DNA of 30,388 nt. It comes from Polyangiaceae bacterium (GTDB lineage: Bacteria; Myxococcota_A; Polyangia; Polyangiales; Polyangiaceae). Both the position numbers and the translations under genes were made by a program. Location: positions 1 through 30,388 of the forward strand of contig JAPSGB010000051.1 in assembly GCA_035063585.1 (NCBI GenBank), read 5' to 3'. Positions 7,427 to 16,471 of this stretch are shown piece by piece. The notes under the pieces were generated by a model. That model ran no database searches. It was given only the letters and a program-made list of their open reading frames with translations, and was not told the DNA's origin. The number at the start of each line of letters is the position of its first letter. The stretch's first letter is position 1.

Positions 7427-8368
7427 ATGAGTCACGGCAAGTGGATCGTCGCGCTCGGGCTGGTGGCCGCGCTGGGCGCGTGTAAGTCTGGAGACGACAC
7501 GCCCGCGAGCGGGGAGCCGTCGGAGACCCCGCCGAGCAGCGTGCCGAGCTCCCGCGCGCTCCGCATGCCCGGTCAAGCGCCGCCCGCGATGACCGCGACG
7601 CCGGTGGCTCCGGCTTCGATCCCGGCTCCGCCCGACGTCGCGGCGCCGCCCGCCGACGCTCAGAAGACGGCCTCCGGGCTCGCCACCAAGGTGCTCACCA
7701 AGGGCACCGGCACCGCGCACCCGGGCGAGAATGACCGCGTCGAGGTGAACTACACGGGGTGGACGACCGACGGAAAGATGTTCGACAGCTCGGTGACGCG
7801 CGGTCAGCCCGCCTCGTTCGGCGTGGGACAGGTCATCCGCGGCTGGACGGAGGGCCTAGAGCTCATGGTGGAGGGCGAGAAGCGCCGCTTCTGGATCCCG
7901 GCGGCCCTCGCCTACGGCGACCGCCCGCGGGGCGGCGCTCCGTCGGGCGCGCTCACCTTCGACGTGGAGCTGCTTCGGATCATCCCTGCACCGAAGCCGC
8001 CCGAGGTGCCCGCCGACGTCAAGGCCCCGCCCAAGGACGCCAAGAAGACGGCCTCGGGGCTCGCCTACAAGGTGATCACGAAGGGCAAGGGCAAGCGTCA
8101 TCCGGCGGCCACCGATCGGGTGACCGTGAACTACTCGGGCTGGACGACCGATGGGAAGATGTTCGACAGCTCGGTCACACGCGGCGTGCCGGCCACGTTC
8201 TCGCTAAACCAGGTGATCAAGGGCTGGACGGAGGGCGTGCAGCTCATGACGGAAGGCGAGAAAGTGCGCTTCTGGATCCCGGGGAAGCTCGCCTACGGCG
8301 ACGAGCCGCGTCCCGGGCGACCCTCGGGCATGCTGGTCTTCGACATCGAGCTCATCACCATCCAGTGA
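7427..8368 (+). CDS. FKBP-type peptidyl-prolyl cis-trans isomerase lipoprotein with two tandem FKBP domains
   Basis: Lipobox LGAC and a Pro-rich linker. Two copies of KTASGLA..V...G.G..HP...DRV.VNY.GWTTDGKMFDSSVTRG.PA.F...QVI.GWTEG..LM.EGEK.RFWIP..LAYGD. Confidence 0.96.
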   Translation: MSHGKWIVALGLVAALGACKSGDDTPASGEPSETPPSSVPSSRALRMPGQAPPAMTATPVAPASIPAPPDVAAPPADAQKTASGLATKVLTKGTGTAHPGENDRVEVNYTGWTTDGKMFDSSVTRGQPASFGVGQVIRGWTEGLELMVEGEKRRFWIPAALAYGDRPRGGAPSGALTFDVELLRIIPAPKPPEVPADVKAPPKDAKKTASGLAYKVITKGKGKRHPAATDRVTVNYSGWTTDGKMFDSSVTRGVPATFSLNQVIKGWTEGVQLMTEGEKVRFWIPGKLAYGDEPRPGRPSGMLVFDIELITIQ

Positions 8369-8425
8369 GCGGGACCGGCGCGCGGGGCCTTGTGCCGGCT
8401 GGCAGCCGGCCCTAATGCTCCGCCG

Positions 8426-9976
8426 GTGGAGACACTCTCGAGCTACGTCGAAGGCAAGTGGGTCGAAGGAGCGGACGCGGGCGCGGAGCTCGTGAACCCG
8501 GCGACGGAGGAGCCGCTCGCGCGCGCCTCCTCCACCGGCGTCGACCTGGAACGCGCGCTCGCGTTCGCGCGGGAGCGCGGCGGGCCGGCGCTCCGCGCGC
8601 TCACCTTCGCCGAGCGCGGCGCGCTGCTCGAGCGCATGAGCAAGGTCATCTTCGCCGAGCGTGAGCGCCTCATCGAGCTCGCCATCGCCAACGGTGGCAA
8701 CACGCGCGGCGACGCGAAGTTCGACATCGACGGGGCGACCGGCACGCTCATGGCGTACGCCGAGCTGGGCCGTAGGCTCGGCGAGCAGCGGGTGATGGTC
8801 GACGGCGCCCCCTTCGATATCGCGGGCTCCCGGCTGCAAGGTTGGCATGTCCGCGCGCCGCGCCTCGGGGTCGCGGTCCACATCGGCGCGTTCAACTTTC
8901 CCGCCTGGGGTTGGGCGGAGAAGGCCGCCGTCGCGCTCCTCGCCGGGATGCCGGTGTTCACCAAGCCGGCGACCAGCACCGCGCTGCTCGCGTGGCACAC
9001 GCTCAAGCTGGTCATCGACGCCGGGCTCCTGCCCGAGGGGGCCTTGGGTTGTCTGTCCGGCGCGGCCGGCGACCTGCTCGAGCACCTCGGCGAACAAGAC
9101 GTCGTCGCGTTCACGGGCGGGAGCGCGACGGCGCGGAAGATCCTGAGCGGCGAGAGCCGCATTTCGCGCGGCGTCCACGTCAACATCGAGGCCGACAGCT
9201 TGAACGTCGCGCTCCTCCTGCCGAGCGCGGGGGAGGCGGCCTTCGATGCGTTCATCCGCGACGTGCACCGCGACATGACCCAGAAGGCCGGACAGAAGTG
9301 CACGGCCATCCGGCGCGTCTTGGTGCCGGAGGCGGACCTCGCGCGGGTGCGTGAGCGGCTCGGCGCGGAGCTCGCGCGGAGCGTGGTCGGAAATCCGGCG
9401 CTCGAGCAGGTGCGGATCGGTCCGGTGGCGACCGCCGCGCAGCGTCGTGACGTCCTCGCCGGGATCGCACGGCTCCGCGAACAGACGCGCGTCGCGTGGG
9501 AGGCTCCCGACGGACTCTCGCCGCTCGGGGCCCCGTCGGGCAAGGGGTTCTTCGTGGCGCCGCTGCTCCTCGAGGCGGAGGACGCGCTCGCGGCGACGCA
9601 CGTGCACGAGCACGAGGTGTTCGGACCCGTCGCGACGCTGCTCCCTTACGACGGCACGGCGGAGCAGGCCGCACGCATCGTGCGCGCCGGACGCGGCGGC
9701 CTGGTCGCGTCGATTTACGGCGATGATCGCGCGCTGCTCGCGGCCGCCCTCGAGTCCCTCGGGCCGTGGCACGGCCGCTTGGTGCTCGTAGACTCGAAGA
9801 TCGCCGAGAAGTCCGTGGCGCCCGGCACGGTGCTGCCGAACCTGCTCCACGGCGGGCCAGGGCGCGCCGGCGGCGGCGAGGAGCTCGGCGGCGAGCGGGG
9901 TATGGCGCTCTACCAGCAGCGCACCGCGATCCAGGGCAATGGTCCGCTCATCGGGCGGCTCCTCGGCGTGTCCTGA
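8426..9976 (+). CDS. Stand-alone PaaZ/BoxD-type CoA-thioester aldehyde dehydrogenase (3,4-dehydroadipyl-CoA semialdehyde dehydrogenase-like)
   Basis: [46 protein letters not shown] (catalytic Glu), [12 protein letters not shown] (catalytic Cys), [33 protein letters not shown]. There is no C-terminal MaoC domain. GTG 8426 is the likely start. Confidence 0.9.
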   Translation: METLSSYVEGKWVEGADAGAELVNPATEEPLARASSTGVDLERALAFARERGGPALRALTFAERGALLERMSKVIFAERERLIELAIANGGNTRGDAKFDIDGATGTLMAYAELGRRLGEQRVMVDGAPFDIAGSRLQGWHVRAPRLGVAVHIGAFNFPAWGWAEKAAVALLAGMPVFTKPATSTALLAWHTLKLVIDAGLLPEGALGCLSGAAGDLLEHLGEQDVVAFTGGSATARKILSGESRISRGVHVNIEADSLNVALLLPSAGEAAFDAFIRDVHRDMTQKAGQKCTAIRRVLVPEADLARVRERLGAELARSVVGNPALEQVRIGPVATAAQRRDVLAGIARLREQTRVAWEAPDGLSPLGAPSGKGFFVAPLLLEAEDALAATHVHEHEVFGPVATLLPYDGTAEQAARIVRAGRGGLVASIYGDDRALLAAALESLGPWHGRLVLVDSKIAEKSVAPGTVLPNLLHGGPGRAGGGEELGGERGMALYQQRTAIQGNGPLIGRLLGVS

Positions 9977-9977
9977 G

Positions 9978-11195
9978 ATGCGCGGCGCCCTGCTCCTGCT
10001 CGGCGTGGTCGCGGCCTGCTCGACGAACCACGACGCGCTCTCGCGCCGCCCGGACGCGGGGAGCGGCGCGGGCGGCGGGGTCATCGACGCCTCTGCCGAC
10101 GGTGAGGCGGGGGCCGACGCGAGCGGTGGCGCGAGCGGCGGGGGCGGAGCGGACGGCGGCACGGGGCCCTTCCGGCTCACGCTCATGAACGGCGTCGTCG
10201 ACGGACCTCGCGTCTGGTTCTGCTTTTCGCGCGCGGGCTCGCTCGCCGCGGCGGGCGGGCCGCAGCCGACCGGTGGGCTCGCCTACGGTGCCGCGCTCTC
10301 ACTCGCCGCGCTCGACGGCTTCGACCCGACCTCGGACGCGCTCGCGCCGTGGATCGTCGCGGCCGAGCCCGAGCGCGTTCTGGGCAAGGACTGCGCGGCG
10401 CTCCTCGCCGAAGCAGAAGCCGTCCCGGAAGCCGGCGCGGGCGGCGCGGGCGGCGCGGGCGGCGCGGGCGGCGCGAGCGGCGCGAGCGGCGCGGCAGGCG
10501 CCGGCGGCGCGGCAGGCGCGGCAGGCGCGAGCGGCGCGGCAGGCGCGAGCGGCGCGGGAAATGGCGGAGCCGATGCGGGGACGGATGCGGCGACGCCCCC
10601 GCCCGCGGTGAGGATGGCGGCGCTTCCCACCCTGCCCGCCGGCACCCTGGCTGCGCCGTCGAGCTACCTCCTGGTAGCGACCGGCTGCCTGGGCGGGCTC
10701 GCGCCCGCGGATGGCTTCGCCGAGACCGTGTGCGGCCCCGGCCACTCGGCGGCGTCGCCGAGCGCGACCGCCATGGTGGTCGCGCTGTCGCGCAGCACCT
10801 CGCCGGCGGCGCTCGGCGTACAGGTCGTGCATGCCTCGCGGGCGTCGAGCGCGATCGACGTCGCCTCGAAGCCGCCCGCGGGCAGCGCGCTCGCATCGGT
10901 CGTCCTCGCCACGAACCTCGCGCCCGGCGGGATCGCGCCGCGAACGCCGAAGCTCGACTTCGGCGTGGGCGATCTCGGCTCGCCGCTCGGCGACGCGACG
11001 GTCACCGTGACCCCTGCGCGGAGCGGCACCGCCGCGCTCTCGCTTCCGTGGTCCAAGGTCCTCACCGCAGGCGGGCTCACCGGGCTCACCGAAGGGCGCA
11101 CCTACGCGCTGGTGCTGGTCGGGCCGCGCGCCGACCTGGGGGCGGGGTCGTGGTGGAACGCCCCGCTCGTGACGATCCTGGACGCGAGCGAGTAA
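9978..11195 (+). CDS. Lipoprotein with DUF4397-like beta domains and Gly/Ala-rich linkers
   Basis: ATG 1 nt after the ALDH stop gives [14 protein letters not shown]. Two similar modules follow: [28 protein letters not shown] and [34 protein letters not shown]. Confidence 0.8.
   Translation: MRGALLLLGVVAACSTNHDALSRRPDAGSGAGGGVIDASADGEAGADASGGASGGGGADGGTGPFRLTLMNGVVDGPRVWFCFSRAGSLAAAGGPQPTGGLAYGAALSLAALDGFDPTSDALAPWIVAAEPERVLGKDCAALLAEAEAVPEAGAGGAGGAGGAGGASGASGAAGAGGAAGAAGASGAAGASGAGNGGADAGTDAATPPPAVRMAALPTLPAGTLAAPSSYLLVATGCLGGLAPADGFAETVCGPGHSAASPSATAMVVALSRSTSPAALGVQVVHASRASSAIDVASKPPAGSALASVVLATNLAPGGIAPRTPKLDFGVGDLGSPLGDATVTVTPARSGTAALSLPWSKVLTAGGLTGLTEGRTYALVLVGPRADLGAGSWWNAPLVTILDASE
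10433..10558 (+). repeat. In-frame 9-bp tandem repeats encoding GAG/GAS/GAA
   Basis: About 14 units of ggcgcgggc / ggcgcgagc / ggcgcggca. Confidence 0.85.
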
Positions 11196-11232
11196 CCCGC
11201 GGTTCCGCGCCGCCCCGACCCCCCGCCTCACC

Positions 11233-12087
11233 TCAGTGCTGGAGCGAGATCTCGGCGAGCTTCATCCGGGCGTCGTTGATGAGCGGGCTCGTCGGGAAGC
11301 GCCGGATGAAGGCGCGGAGGGTCGCCTTGGCGTCGTTCCACGCTTGCACGTCGATCTCGGAGAGCGCAAGAAGGAGCGTCGCCTCGTCCATCACGTCCTT
11401 GTCCGCGGACGCTTCGGAGAGCCGCTTGAGCGAGGGGATCGCCTCGCGCTGGCGACCGAGCTGACGCAGCGCGAGCGCGAGTTGATACTCGACCTGCGGG
11501 CTGTGCGCCGCGTTGTCCTTGTACTTGAGCGAGTCGCGAAAGGACTGCTGTGCCTCGTGCCAGCGGCCCGTCCGCGCCTCGTCGAGGCCGGTCTGATAGG
11601 CGATGACCGAGAGCTCGTTCTTCGCGGTCTCGTAGGCGTCGGCGAACACCGCTTTCTCGGTCGGCGTGAGCGGGAGGTCCTTCACGAGGTCGTATTGCTC
11701 GACGATCTCCTGACGCTTCTTGTGGGACACGAGCGCGAAGAACGCCGCCGCTTGCCGGGCGGCGCGTTCGCGCGCTTCCTCGCGCTCCTGGGTGGCCTTG
11801 AGCTCGTCCCGGACCGTGACGAGCTCGGCTCCGGTCTGCTTCGTCTCCGAGCGCACCGAGTCGACCCGCGCGTCCCAGGCGAACTTGAGCGCGATGAAGA
11901 GCACCGTGATGGTGACCACGTAGGCGGTCGCGCTGTGAATGAAGATCCGGCGCTCGTAGCCCTGCTGGCGCTTCGCGATGCTCTTCAGATCTGCGGCGAG
12001 CGCGTTGACCAGGTTGTTGGTCTTGATGACGAGCGAGCGACTCTCGACGATCTCGCGCTTGATTTCCTCCAGATCGTACTCGTCCAT
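11233..12087 (-). CDS. Single-pass membrane coiled-coil/TPR protein with a CpoB(YbgF)/BamD-like C-terminus (284 aa)
   Basis: Likely start ATG 12087 (MDEYDLEEIKREI); the upstream part of the track ORF is antisense to efp. N-terminal heptads, a TM segment AYVVTITVLFIALKFAW, a coiled coil, then TPRs ending AKATLRAFIRRFPTSPLINDARMKL. Confidence 0.85.
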   Translation of the reverse strand: MDEYDLEEIKREIVESRSLVIKTNNLVNALAADLKSIAKRQQGYERRIFIHSATAYVVTITVLFIALKFAWDARVDSVRSETKQTGAELVTVRDELKATQEREEARERAARQAAAFFALVSHKKRQEIVEQYDLVKDLPLTPTEKAVFADAYETAKNELSVIAYQTGLDEARTGRWHEAQQSFRDSLKYKDNAAHSPQVEYQLALALRQLGRQREAIPSLKRLSEASADKDVMDEATLLLALSEIDVQAWNDAKATLRAFIRRFPTSPLINDARMKLAEISLQH

Positions 12088-12102
12088 GCGGCCCGTCCCC
12101 GG

Positions 12103-12131
12103 GGAGTATCGCCGGAGGCTCGGGCCGGCAA
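12103..12131 (-). promoter_or_regulatory. Putative sigma70 promoter of the TPR membrane protein gene
   Basis: Minus strand TTGCCG (12131-12126), 17-nt spacer, TACTCC (12108-12103). Confidence 0.4.
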
Positions 12132-12212
12132 CTTCCCGGCCGGGAGCCCCGTCATGGCGGGCCCCGGACTGGAAAAAGAACCGCCGCCGATTGGGGAAAA
12201 GACGTTCGCCCC

Positions 12213-12242
12213 TTGAACGCCGGGCGGTGCCCAGGCTAGAGC
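12213..12242 (+). promoter_or_regulatory. Putative efp promoter with upstream A-tracts
   Basis: TTGAAC, 18-nt spacer, TAGAGC. A-rich tracts at 12173-12180 and 12197-12200 resemble an UP element. Confidence 0.35.
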
Positions 12243-12309
12243 GGAGGCGCCTTCGGTCGGCTCGCCCGACCCCTGACCCCCGCGTCGTCGGGGCACCTCT
12301 CGGAGCTTC

Positions 12310-12873
12310 ATGGACACGAGTGACATCCGCAAGGGCCTGAAGATCATGATGGACGGTCAGCCGTACATCGTCGTCGACTTCCAGTTCGTGAAGCCGGGCA
12401 AGGGCCAGGCCTTCACGCGCACCAAGATGAAGAACCTGCTCAACGGCAACAGCCTCGAGCGCAACATCCGCTCGGGCGAGAAGCTCGAGCCCGCGGACGT
12501 CGAAGATCGCACCGTCTCGTACATCTATCCCGAGGGGGACTCGTACGTGTTCATGAACTCGAACAGCGGCGAGCAGCTCACCGTCCACCAGGAAGCGGTG
12601 GGCGACGCGGCGGATCTGCTGATCGACGGCATCGAGGTCACCGTCACCGTCTACAAGGGCAACCCGGTGAGCGTGGCGCTCCCGCCGCACATCACCGTGC
12701 AAATCGTCGAGACGGAGCCAGGCGTGAAGGGCGACACGGCCACCAACGTCATGAAGCCGGCGAAGGTGAGCACCGGCGCGACCATCCCGGTGCCGCTCTT
12801 CATCAACGAAGGCGACTGGATCAGGGTCGACACCCGCACGCGCGCCTACCTCGAGCGCAGCAAGGCTCCCTGA
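12310..12873 (+). CDS. efp: Elongation factor P
   Basis: FQFVKPGKGQAFTRTKMKNL, TEPGVKGDTA, KPAKVSTGA, VPLFINEGD, VDTR; 187 aa; SD GGAG. Confidence 0.99.
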   Translation: MDTSDIRKGLKIMMDGQPYIVVDFQFVKPGKGQAFTRTKMKNLLNGNSLERNIRSGEKLEPADVEDRTVSYIYPEGDSYVFMNSNSGEQLTVHQEAVGDAADLLIDGIEVTVTVYKGNPVSVALPPHITVQIVETEPGVKGDTATNVMKPAKVSTGATIPVPLFINEGDWIRVDTRTRAYLERSKAP

Positions 12874-12876
12874 GCC

Positions 12877-14730
12877 TCACGGATGACGCGCGACGAGCAC
12901 GCGCGTCCCGTCCACGCACGCAAGCCGGGCCCCACCGTTCGATATGGTGCAGCCGGAGAGCGTCTTTGCATCCAGCCCGCGCCCCGTCCAGAGCGCCGGC
13001 TTGGGGCCGCCCGTGACGAGCACCCCGCCCACGCTCGGCGTCGCCAGGAGTCGGCCGTCGGGTGAGCGCGGCGAGCCCGGCGCGCCGCCTCGCATCGTGG
13101 CGGCGGCGGGGTTCGCGCGCGCTCCCACCACGGAGCCAGCCACGAAGGCCTCGAGCCCCGCGCTCGTCCACGCGATGGGCGCGCGAGGGAGCGTCACCTC
13201 GAACGGCGCGCGACCGCACTTGCCGGGGCGCGGCGCGAGCACTCCGGTCGAAATGGGCGGGACCGGCGCGCTCGCGCCTCCCACCAACACGAGCTCGACC
13301 TCACTCTTCTCGCACGGGTAGGTCACGGCGATCCAGCGCACGCCGCCTTCGCTCGCGACGGCCTCGGGCCACCCGGTGACGCCGCCCTCGGGGTCTTCGT
13401 CGCGCTCCGCGTCATCGGCGCCGACGCGCACGAGGCCGCGGGGCGTATCCACGAGGAGCGAGCCGTCGTCGTCGAAGCTGAGCGGGCTCCAGCGCGGCGT
13501 CGCGCCCTCCGCCGCCACCTGGACGGTGAGCGTCGTCACCTCCGCCGCGGCGAGCCTGGGCGCGGCCTTCTCGAAGAGCCCCGCCACGCTCTTTCGCGTC
13601 TTCGGCGACATCGGCGCGAGATAGAAGCCGTCTCGCGCAAGCACCGCGCCGAGCTCGCGCGCGTCACCGCGCTGTGCGGCCGCCTGCGCCTCGGCGAGGG
13701 CGAGGCGATCGAGGCTGGTCCCGAGCGGGCCGCACGGCAGCGTCGCGCCGTCGCGGTCGAACAGCCGAGACACGCCGCTCTCGCCGCAGAGCGCGAACAT
13801 CAGGCGGCGGATGTTCGCCACCCGCTCGGGCACCGCGGCGCTCCCGCTCTTCTGGCGAGAGACGGTGAGCGCGGCCGCGGACAGCCGCTCGAACGAGGCC
13901 AACGGCTCGTCCGACTCGCGCGACGCGCCCGCCGCGCGATCGAGCCACACGAGGTGCGCCGCGGCCGGGTTGCCGGAGCGCGCCCTGCCTACGCGGATCG
14001 TCAAATCGACGTCGTCGCGCCCGTCCCCGTCGCGGTCGCTCGAGTCGACGCCGAGCTCGAGCGTCTCGTCGGCGGCGGGCGCCGCCGCGCGGAGCTCGAA
14101 GGCGACCGGTCGCTCCGCCGACCCGGGGGCGACCACCATGAGCGCGCGCACCGGCGCGCGCGCGATGCGTGTCCCTTGGCAGTCGGCCCGCGCGTCGAGG
14201 GTCACGGTGCGCGGCCCGGTGCCGGTGAGCTCGGCCGTGAGCGCGCAGCCGGGTCCGGTCGGGACGAACCCGGGCAGCGAGGCGACGCGGCGCGGCGCGC
14301 CGCCGCCGCCTGGATGGAACCAGAGCTCGCCGGGGCTCGTGGTCGGTGAGGCGGGCGAGACCGGAAGCGTCCAGGATACGACGTCGAGCTTCCCGTCGCC
14401 GTCGAGATCCATGCTCACTGCGCGCTCGAACACGCGCCCCGGAGGCGCGGTGAGCTCGCTCGCTCCGAGCGTCCACCGGGCGGCCCGTTTGGGCGCGAGG
14501 ATCGCCTTGACGGCGGCGAACGCGCGCGGCGCGGCGGGCGGCGCCGAGCCGCTTCCGCTCGCGAGCGGCGGGGCCGCCTCGGGGAGCGGCGCCGACACGG
14601 CGCCGAACGGCGTGTACGGGCGATCTTCGCTGCAGCCGCGGCAGCCCGAGAGCGCGGGGACGGAGAGCGCCGCCAGCGTGAGCGCGGGGCCAAGGCTCGC
14701 GGCGCGCTGCTTACGAGCGAGGGAGGTCAG
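12877..14730 (-). CDS. Lipoprotein with FG-GAP/VCBS-like Ca-binding motifs and a C-terminal beta-propeller-like region (~617 aa); probable CTG start
   Basis: 3' portion of track ORF 12877..15561, whose 5' part is an alternative frame of crt. Signal LTSLARKQRAASLGPALTLAALSVPALSGC. Motifs DLDGDGKLD and DRDGDGRDD; blade-like WSPLSFDDDGSLLV, RSPDGRLLA and ISNGGARLAC. Confidence 0.75.
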   Translation of the reverse strand: MTSLARKQRAASLGPALTLAALSVPALSGCRGCSEDRPYTPFGAVSAPLPEAAPPLASGSGSAPPAAPRAFAAVKAILAPKRAARWTLGASELTAPPGRVFERAVSMDLDGDGKLDVVSWTLPVSPASPTTSPGELWFHPGGGGAPRRVASLPGFVPTGPGCALTAELTGTGPRTVTLDARADCQGTRIARAPVRALMVVAPGSAERPVAFELRAAAPAADETLELGVDSSDRDGDGRDDVDLTIRVGRARSGNPAAAHLVWLDRAAGASRESDEPLASFERLSAAALTVSRQKSGSAAVPERVANIRRLMFALCGESGVSRLFDRDGATLPCGPLGTSLDRLALAEAQAAAQRGDARELGAVLARDGFYLAPMSPKTRKSVAGLFEKAAPRLAAAEVTTLTVQVAAEGATPRWSPLSFDDDGSLLVDTPRGLVRVGADDAERDEDPEGGVTGWPEAVASEGGVRWIAVTYPCEKSEVELVLVGGASAPVPPISTGVLAPRPGKCGRAPFEVTLPRAPIAWTSAGLEAFVAGSVVGARANPAAATMRGGAPGSPRSPDGRLLATPSVGGVLVTGGPKPALWTGRGLDAKTLSGCTISNGGARLACVDGTRVLVARHP

Positions 14731-15515
14731 CGGCCCTTGAACTCCGGCTTGCGCTTCTCGATGAAGGCGCGGGTCCCCTCGCGCTCGTCCTCCGAGCCGA
14801 ACAGCGCGCCGAAGGCGGTGGCCTCGAGCTCGCACGCCGCGCCGAGCTCGGCGTCGTAGCCGCGTGCCATCACGCGCTTGCTCGCCGCGACCGCGAGCGG
14901 CGCCTTGGAGGCGATGGCGCTCGCGACCGAGCGAACCACGCTCATGAGCTCGGCGTGCGGCACCACGCGGTTGACGAGCCCGATCGTGAGGGCACGCTCC
15001 GCGTCGATCATCTCCGCCGAGTAGACCAGCTCGCGCGCGTGCCCGAGCCCCACGCGGCGCGCGAGCCGCTGGGTGCCGCCAAAGCCAGGCATCAGGCCGA
15101 GGTTCACCTCGGGCTGACCGAACCTCGCCCGGTCCGAGGCATAGATGAAGTCGGCCGCGAGGGCGAGCTCGCAGCCGCCGCCGAGCGCGAACCCGTTCAC
15201 CGCCGCGATGATCGGGAAGGGCGCCTCTTCCATCTCGCGCCCGAGGCGGTGTCCGGCGTCCGAGAAGGCTTTCGCCACCGCCGGCGCGAGCTCGCTCATC
15301 TCGGCGATGTCGGCGCCCGCGACGAAGGCCTTGTCCCCGGCGCCGGTGAGGATCGCCGCGCGGGTCGCGGGCTCCCCCTCGCCGAGCGATCGAAAGGCGT
15401 GGGTGAGCTCCGCGATCACCTTCGAGCTCAGCGCGTTCAGCTTGTCGGGGCGGTTGATGGTGATGGTGGCGAGCGGCCCGTCCTTCGTGACGAGCAGGGT
15501 CTCGTAGGTCGTCAT
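14727..15515 (-). CDS. crt: Enoyl-CoA hydratase (crotonase)
   Basis: TINRPDKLNAL, AFVAGADI, IAAVNGFALGGGCELALA, FGQPEVNLGLMPGFGGTQRL (both catalytic Glu present), AFIEKRKPEFKG. Confidence 0.95.
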   Translation of the reverse strand: MTTYETLLVTKDGPLATITINRPDKLNALSSKVIAELTHAFRSLGEGEPATRAAILTGAGDKAFVAGADIAEMSELAPAVAKAFSDAGHRLGREMEEAPFPIIAAVNGFALGGGCELALAADFIYASDRARFGQPEVNLGLMPGFGGTQRLARRVGLGHARELVYSAEMIDAERALTIGLVNRVVPHAELMSVVRSVASAIASKAPLAVAASKRVMARGYDAELGAACELEATAFGALFGSEDEREGTRAFIEKRKPEFKGR

Positions 15516-15517
15516 GG

Positions 15518-16417
15518 CTACCTCTCGAAGGCGCGGCCGGTCTTCTGCCCGCGCTCGTCATAGGTGTAGAAGCCGCGGCCGACCTTCTTGCCGTACCAGC
15601 CGGCCGCGACCAGGTTGCGGAGTAAGGTCGCGGGTCGATACTTGTCGTCGCCGAACTCGCGGTGGAGCACCTCGGAGATGCTGAGCAGCGTGTCGAGGCC
15701 GATGAGATCGGCGAGCTCGAGCGGCCCCATCGGGTGATTTAGGCCGAGTTTTGCGCCAAGATCGATGTCTTCGGGCGTTCCGAGCCCTTCTTGCAACGCG
15801 AAGCACGCCTCGTTCAAGAACGGGATGAGCATGCGGTTTACCACGAAGCCCGGCTGATCTTTGCTGGTGATGACCGTCTTGCCGAGCTTCTCGGCGAGCT
15901 CGCGGATGACCGCGGTCGTCGCCTCGGCGGTCTGCACACCGCGCACGATCTCGACGAGCTTCATGAGCGGAACCGGGTTCATGAAGTGCATCCCGATCAC
16001 CTGCTCCGGCCGCGAGGTCTGTCCGGCGAGCCGGGTGATGGAGATGCTCGAGGTGTTCGACGCCAGTAGCGCCCCCGGTTTCATCTTGGCGTCGGCCTTC
16101 TTGAAGATGCCGATCTTGAGCTCACGGTCCTCGGTGGCCGCCTCGATCACGAGCTCGGCGGTCTCGAAGCCGTCGAGCTCACCACCCACCGGCTCGATGC
16201 GCGCGAGCAGCGCGTCGCGGGCGCCGGCTTCCATGCGCCCCTTCTCCACCAGCTTACCGAGGATCGAGGCGATCTTCGCCTTGCCTGCGGCGGCCCGCTC
16301 GACGCTGGCGTCGCTGAGGAGCACCTGGAACCCGGCGCTCGCCGAGACCTGGGCGATCCCGCCGCCCATCTGGCCGGCGCCGATCACGCCGATCCGCTGG
16401 ATGTCGCTTGCTTTCAT
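15518..16417 (-). CDS. hbd: 3-hydroxybutyryl-CoA (3-hydroxyacyl-CoA) dehydrogenase (299 aa)
   Basis: Start ATG 16417 gives MKASDIQRIGVIGAGQMGGGIA (Rossmann motif). Also VIEAATE, ASNTSSISIT, GMHFMNP, PGFVVNR, HPMGPLELADLIGLD, GKKVGRGFY. The stop is 2 nt before the crt start. Confidence 0.95.
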   Translation of the reverse strand: MKASDIQRIGVIGAGQMGGGIAQVSASAGFQVLLSDASVERAAAGKAKIASILGKLVEKGRMEAGARDALLARIEPVGGELDGFETAELVIEAATEDRELKIGIFKKADAKMKPGALLASNTSSISITRLAGQTSRPEQVIGMHFMNPVPLMKLVEIVRGVQTAEATTAVIRELAEKLGKTVITSKDQPGFVVNRMLIPFLNEACFALQEGLGTPEDIDLGAKLGLNHPMGPLELADLIGLDTLLSISEVLHREFGDDKYRPATLLRNLVAAGWYGKKVGRGFYTYDERGQKTGRAFER

Positions 16418-16471
16418 GGGGTCCGGGCGTAGCCGCAGAGCCCGCGGCGTGCAAGCCTTGCCGCCGAGCAC

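Noticed and set aside
8204..10186. 660-aa minus-strand ORF and similar long antisense ORFs (4126..5154, 6113..7357, 11236..12216, 18994..20757, 21070..22050, 26608..27630)
   Set aside because: They overlap well-supported genes. Long antisense frames are expected at high GC3 because stop codons are rare, and they show no recognisable motifs.
10433..10558. Tandem repeats here and at 30227-30388 as CRISPR arrays or non-coding repeats
   Set aside because: There are no unique spacers and no cas genes. The unit lengths are multiples of 3 within coding frames.
12310..12873. Functional clustering of efp with polyproline-containing neighbours, or an unusual EF-P type
   Set aside because: The loop is the ordinary PGKG Lys type and no modification enzyme is encoded in the window. 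PPP motifs are common in GC-rich proteomes.
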